Origin: Nitrospirales bacterium
Lineage (GTDB): Bacteria; Nitrospirota; Nitrospiria; Nitrospirales; UBA8639
Direction: 5' to 3'
Length of the DNA stretch: 64,000 nucleotides
Assembly: GCA_963422365.1 (NCBI GenBank)
Contig: OY729426.1
Location: forward strand, 1,856,001 to 1,920,000
Shown: positions 60,645 through 64,000 of the stretch, in pieces
Numbering within the stretch: position 1 is the first letter of the stretch
How the letters are laid out: each line of letters begins with the position of its first letter
The notes under the pieces: generated by a model
Databases searched by the model: none
Seen by the model: the letters and a program-made list of their open reading frames with translations, nothing else
Told to the model about the DNA's origin: nothing
Position numbers and translations under genes: made by a program

Positions 60645-60672
60645 CTTAATAATTTTTCTAAACATTATTAAG
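60645..60672. promoter_or_regulatory. Palindromic candidate operator directly upstream of rrf2
   Basis: CTTAATAAT-N10-ATTATTAAG perfect 9-bp inverted repeat, ending 3 nt before ATG 60676. Confidence 0.5.
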
Positions 60673-60675
60673 AAT

Positions 60676-61164
60676 ATGCGGCTTTCCAAAAAAAGTGAAT
60701 ATGGGTTGCGGGCCTTAATCGAATTGACTAGGGCCTATGAGCAACAGGCTTTGCGACGATCTGAAATCGCGGAATCCCAACGCATTCCCATGGGGTTTTT
60801 AGAGACCATTTTATTGGAATTAAAGCGGGCGGGAATTTTAGGGAGTCGTCCCGGTGCTCAGGGTGGGTATCGGTTAATTAAATCTCCCGAAGACGTATCA
60901 CTCGGACAAGTCATTCGTATTCTAGATGGTCCCCTCGCGCCGATTGCCTGTGTGAGTCAGACGGCCTATCAAACGTGTCAAGATTGTCCGTATTCTGAGG
61001 CCCGGGAATGTCCGATTCAAAGCGTCATGTTTGAGGTGAGGCATGCCATCGTCAATGTGTTGGATCGGTACACATTGCGAGCATTTTATGACCGAGGCCC
61101 GAATCGTCGCTCCCGGAAACCTCCAAAAGACCGCAGGCTTCAGGCCATCGGCAGAACTCAATAA
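60676..61164 (+). CDS. Rrf2-family transcriptional regulator (CymR/IscR-like, Cys-rich)
   Basis: SEYGLRALIEL, FLETILLELKRAG, GAQGGYRL, DGPLAPIAC..C..C...C. Confidence 0.92.
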   Translation: MRLSKKSEYGLRALIELTRAYEQQALRRSEIAESQRIPMGFLETILLELKRAGILGSRPGAQGGYRLIKSPEDVSLGQVIRILDGPLAPIACVSQTAYQTCQDCPYSEARECPIQSVMFEVRHAIVNVLDRYTLRAFYDRGPNRRSRKPPKDRRLQAIGRTQ

Positions 61165-61174
61165 GGAGTGGTAG

Positions 61175-61396
61175 ATGGATACACATCTTCGAAGTGTGGT
61201 CAAAGGCATTAGTTGGAGGGTCTTGGCGACCTTGGTGACCACGATCGTCGTTTTTCTGTATTCGGGTGAGTTAGCGGCAGCGGCTATCGTTGGCTCTCTT
61301 GATGCTCTCGCCAAAATCGTCTTGTATTGGGGACATGAACGAATATGGCAACGGACGACGTGGGGCCGCATTCTGCCCACGGTTTCTTCACCCTAA
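61175..61396 (+). CDS. DUF2061-domain small membrane protein
   Basis: RSVVKGISWR..KIVLYWGHERIW. Confidence 0.88.
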   Translation: MDTHLRSVVKGISWRVLATLVTTIVVFLYSGELAAAAIVGSLDALAKIVLYWGHERIWQRTTWGRILPTVSSP

Positions 61397-61567
61397 GAGA
61401 AGACGACTTTAATGGAAGCCGAACACATTATGGGATTGGGTTTTATTGGCAGGGTGTTCCTTCGTAGCGACGGGAGCATTGTCTGTGCCTGAATGTGTTG
61501 GGCCTCGGGTTTCTTGCGTTAATCATCTTCTGTTGATCCCTCTTTTCCTTCGCGATCTTTCATCGTG

Positions 61568-62407
61568 CTATCGCCCAATTTCTCCCAGGGGTTGTTCGGT
61601 GACGATACAGGCTCCTCGGGGATTTTCAGCAAGAACGTTGCAGGACAAGAGCTGGTCGAGTTCCGGTGTTGGTCGGCAGTCGGGTGTCATGACGATTCCC
61701 CAGTGGCAATTGTCGTGACATTCATTCTCCAAGATCAATGCCTGGGCCCCGTAAAACAGGAGTATGCCGCTGAGCATATTGTGATGACAGATATTTTTCA
61801 GTAAATCCGGTCGTGTGCCATCATCTCGAACCGCTAAGCCGAAATGGTGATTGTGGGAACACGTGTTCTTGGTTAAGTAAGGCTGCGCACCGGCAAAACA
61901 AAAAATGCCTGATTCGCGATTCTGACACACCTCATTTTCCATAAGGGACGGCCGGCAGTTTGGGCCATAAATGACAATTCCCGAGAGTAGGCCTTCGGTT
62001 GCCCGACACTGCGTAATTGTACAGGTGGAATCGAAAATATTAATCGCGGAATGTTGGTCGCTTCCGACGTAACGAAAAGTAAGACCGGAAATGCGTCCGC
62101 TGGGGACTTGTTGCAGATACAATGGGCCGCTCTTGCGGCTAAAGATTTGGACGTGGTCTCGTCCCGCTCCGATTAATTGAATGGGTTGTTGTGTGCCGAA
62201 CAGACGATCTTCATAGATACCCGGTCGAATAAAAATCTGGTCATCGGGTCCCGCATCCTTGAGGGCTGCGCTTGGGCGGGGATAACAAGCTGCGTCGGTG
62301 TGATCGACAATGAGGGTTTTGCCACCTTCAGGATTCCGAGGGGGTTCGTTGAGAAAGGGTGGGTTTCGCAAGGAATCCAAAGGCGATGAGGAGAGATTGT
62401 CTGGCAT
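61568..62407 (-). CDS. Right-handed parallel beta-helix repeat protein
   Basis: IFIRPGIYE start and repeated N.C..N...GI units. Confidence 0.85.
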   Translation of the reverse strand: MPDNLSSSPLDSLRNPPFLNEPPRNPEGGKTLIVDHTDAACYPRPSAALKDAGPDDQIFIRPGIYEDRLFGTQQPIQLIGAGRDHVQIFSRKSGPLYLQQVPSGRISGLTFRYVGSDQHSAINIFDSTCTITQCRATEGLLSGIVIYGPNCRPSLMENEVCQNRESGIFCFAGAQPYLTKNTCSHNHHFGLAVRDDGTRPDLLKNICHHNMLSGILLFYGAQALILENECHDNCHWGIVMTPDCRPTPELDQLLSCNVLAENPRGACIVTEQPLGEIGR

Positions 62408-62449
62408 TTGTGGTCGTCTATTCTCTAGACTGTCCGGATGAATTTTATC

Positions 62450-62478
62450 TTGACAATGACGTAAAACTGAAGTAATAA
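62450..62478 (+). promoter_or_regulatory. Sigma70-type promoter of the porin operon
   Basis: TTGACA N17 TAATAA. Confidence 0.5.
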
Positions 62479-62489
62479 AAAAACAATGT

Positions 62490-62544
62490 CAAGACATTGG
62501 TGTCTTGTACGCGAGCGCTTATTTTTGAAGGACGATGAAGTCCT
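62490..62544 (+). promoter_or_regulatory. ANTAR-target-like dual hexaloop RNA motif
   Basis: P1 CAAGAC-ATTGGT-GTCTTG (62490-62507); P2 AGGAC-GATGAA-GTCCT (62529-62544) overlapping the terminator stem. Confidence 0.65.
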
Positions 62545-62577
62545 CATCCATGAAAGAATGGTTGAGGACTTTTTTTT
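62538..62577 (+). terminator. Leader intrinsic terminator (attenuator)
   Basis: AAGTCCTCA..CCAT-GAAAGA-ATGG..TGAGGACTT followed by a T8 run, 130 nt upstream of the porin start. Confidence 0.75.
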
Positions 62578-62707
62578 GTCTGGGCGGAGCCTTGCAGAAG
62601 TTGAATGAAGTGAAGCGCTCCTTCATTCACGACAAGTCGCGCACAAGGGCGTGTGCTGAATGGAATCTATCTCTCCAACAACGAATTTCGACTAAGGAGA
62701 ACTGAAA

Positions 62708-63931
62708 ATGGCTGAATGGATTATGAAGCGAATGTGTTTGTTTATTTTTGGTATTGCCGTGGCGGGGTGGCTTCCTGCACCACTATTGAGTTCGGTGGCT
62801 CTGGCGGAAGATGAGGATCAATCTTTGGCGAAGAAATTAGATCTTTCGCTGTATGGCTATGTGGAAGCCTCGTATACACAAAATTTCAACAATCCTTCTA
62901 CGGGGGTGAATAACAATCGGAGTTTTGACGGCGATGCGAATTCCTTTCGACCCAACATGGCGCAGATCGTCCTGGAGAAGGTCGCGAGTTCAGGAGGGTC
63001 ACTGACTGATCGGGCAGGATTCCGCATTAAGCTGAATGCCGGTGAAGACGCCAAATTTACCGGCGGAAGCAGCGGCAATGACGATTTTGATTTTCAAGAA
63101 GCCTACGTCCAATACATTGCGCCCATAGGAAACGGTGTCATGTTTCAAGCCGGTCGCATGAACACGCTGATCGGATATGAAGTGATCGAAAGCCCGCTCA
63201 ATCCCAATTTCTCCCGGTCCTTTCTGTTCGGCATGGGAGAACCCTTCACGGTAACGGGGCTTCGCGCAGCGTATGACTTTACGGACAATGTCTCGTTTGC
63301 GGTCAGCGCCATCAATTCATTTACGGGATCGCAATCCGATGAAAATAGCAGCAAATCCGTCGAGGCGCTCCTTTCTCTCGCCCCTATGGATAACGTGGGG
63401 GTGTCCGTGTTTGGTTTTTGGGGGCCTGAAGGCGATCGAGGACAAAAAGATACGGACCGTGTGCAGGTGGGAGGAATTCTGGACGTACAGGTCACCGACC
63501 AACTGGAACTCGTGCTTGAAGGCTATTATGGGAATCATGCAAATCATCCTGATGATCCAGGATTGGTCAATGCCCGTTGGAATGGGGTCGCGGGATATTT
63601 CATTTATGACTTTACCGACCAGTGGGGATTCCACGTCCGGGGTGAAGTCTTTGAAGACGCGGCAGGCAAATTCTCGTGTGCCGGTGGTGGTGGCAATGCC
63701 CTTGCCTGCCCTGGACATAATGAAGAGAATTATAAAGGTGAAGAGAATTATAAAGGGCCTAGCCAAACATTGTGGGAAACGACGTGGACCCTGCAATACA
63801 AGCCGGTTCCCAATCTCATTACACGAGCGGAATTCCGGTACGATAAGTCCGACAGGAATACGTTTCAAAATGGCGCCGGTGTGGGCAATAATCAATCAAC
63901 CTTAGCCGCGGAAGCGATCTTCCTCTTTTAG
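62708..63931 (+). CDS. Outer-membrane beta-barrel porin (BBP2/OmpL-like)
   Basis: Signal peptide; LYGYVEASYTQNFNNP, QEAYVQY, GYEVIES..N.NFSRS, RAEFRYD, C-terminal Phe. Confidence 0.88.
   Translation: MAEWIMKRMCLFIFGIAVAGWLPAPLLSSVALAEDEDQSLAKKLDLSLYGYVEASYTQNFNNPSTGVNNNRSFDGDANSFRPNMAQIVLEKVASSGGSLTDRAGFRIKLNAGEDAKFTGGSSGNDDFDFQEAYVQYIAPIGNGVMFQAGRMNTLIGYEVIESPLNPNFSRSFLFGMGEPFTVTGLRAAYDFTDNVSFAVSAINSFTGSQSDENSSKSVEALLSLAPMDNVGVSVFGFWGPEGDRGQKDTDRVQVGGILDVQVTDQLELVLEGYYGNHANHPDDPGLVNARWNGVAGYFIYDFTDQWGFHVRGEVFEDAAGKFSCAGGGGNALACPGHNEENYKGEENYKGPSQTLWETTWTLQYKPVPNLITRAEFRYDKSDRNTFQNGAGVGNNQSTLAAEAIFLF
63721..63756 (+). repeat. Exact 18-bp in-frame tandem duplication in the porin gene
   Basis: TGAAGAGAATTATAAAGG x2, encoding EENYKG EENYKG. 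Confidence 0.9.
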
Positions 63932-63960
63932 GGAAGTCTTAAGAAACAAGGAGGAAGAAG

Positions 63961-64000
63961 ATGGAACCTAAGACAAGAACATTGCCCACATATTTCAGTC
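63961..64000 (+). CDS. Start of the next gene, truncated by the window end; product unknown
   Basis: AAGGAGG RBS then ATG GAA CCT AAG.. open to the window end. Confidence 0.5.
   Translation, partial: MEPKTRTLPTYFS

Noticed and set aside
61412..61804. Short ORFs downstream of DUF2061
   Set aside because: They are largely antisense to the beta-helix gene; no family can be assigned
63145..63905. Long alternative-frame ORFs inside the porin (63273-63905 +, 63317-63895 -) and similar shadow ORFs throughout
   Set aside because: They lie wholly within well-supported genes and show no motifs; they are codon-bias shadows

Overview
About 50% GC bacterial chromosomal segment, mostly housekeeping genes. 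Gene content and order suggest a Nitrospirota (Nitrospirales-like) organism; this is an inference from protein families and synteny, not a database match. It carries dksA-like, queC, an XRE/PBP regulator with modABC, a sulfur-relay operon (thiS-cysK-E1-thrC-like-moaD-like-NIL-E1-small ORF-JAB peptidase), cobB, ndk, gcvH-lpdA-comEA-tyrS, lpxD-lptGF, kdsC-manC-algC, fbp, yacL-ispDF-cysE, fbaB, gdhA, truA-amidase, tatD, htpX, a squalene synthase-like gene, ferredoxins, mazG, ntrYX, rlmD, purN, rrf2, an outer-membrane porin and three tRNAs (Gly-CCC, Pro-CGG, Ala-CGC). Several things are not evident from the ORF track: (i) an ANTAR-type dual-hairpin/terminator attenuator upstream of the porin; (ii) both ubiquitin-like sulfur carriers have masked Gly-Gly termini, and a 46-aa ORF is hidden in their operon; (iii) at least seven decayed or frameshifted genes (AlgE-like porin before modA, a putative sulfur-associated small protein, DUF6680-like, IS30 transposase, PhoD-like, yacL, ald); (iv) an attC-like site before a low-GC orphan cassette; (v) dispersed REP/REPIN-like palindrome families. 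No CRISPR array, rRNA or intact mobile element was seen.
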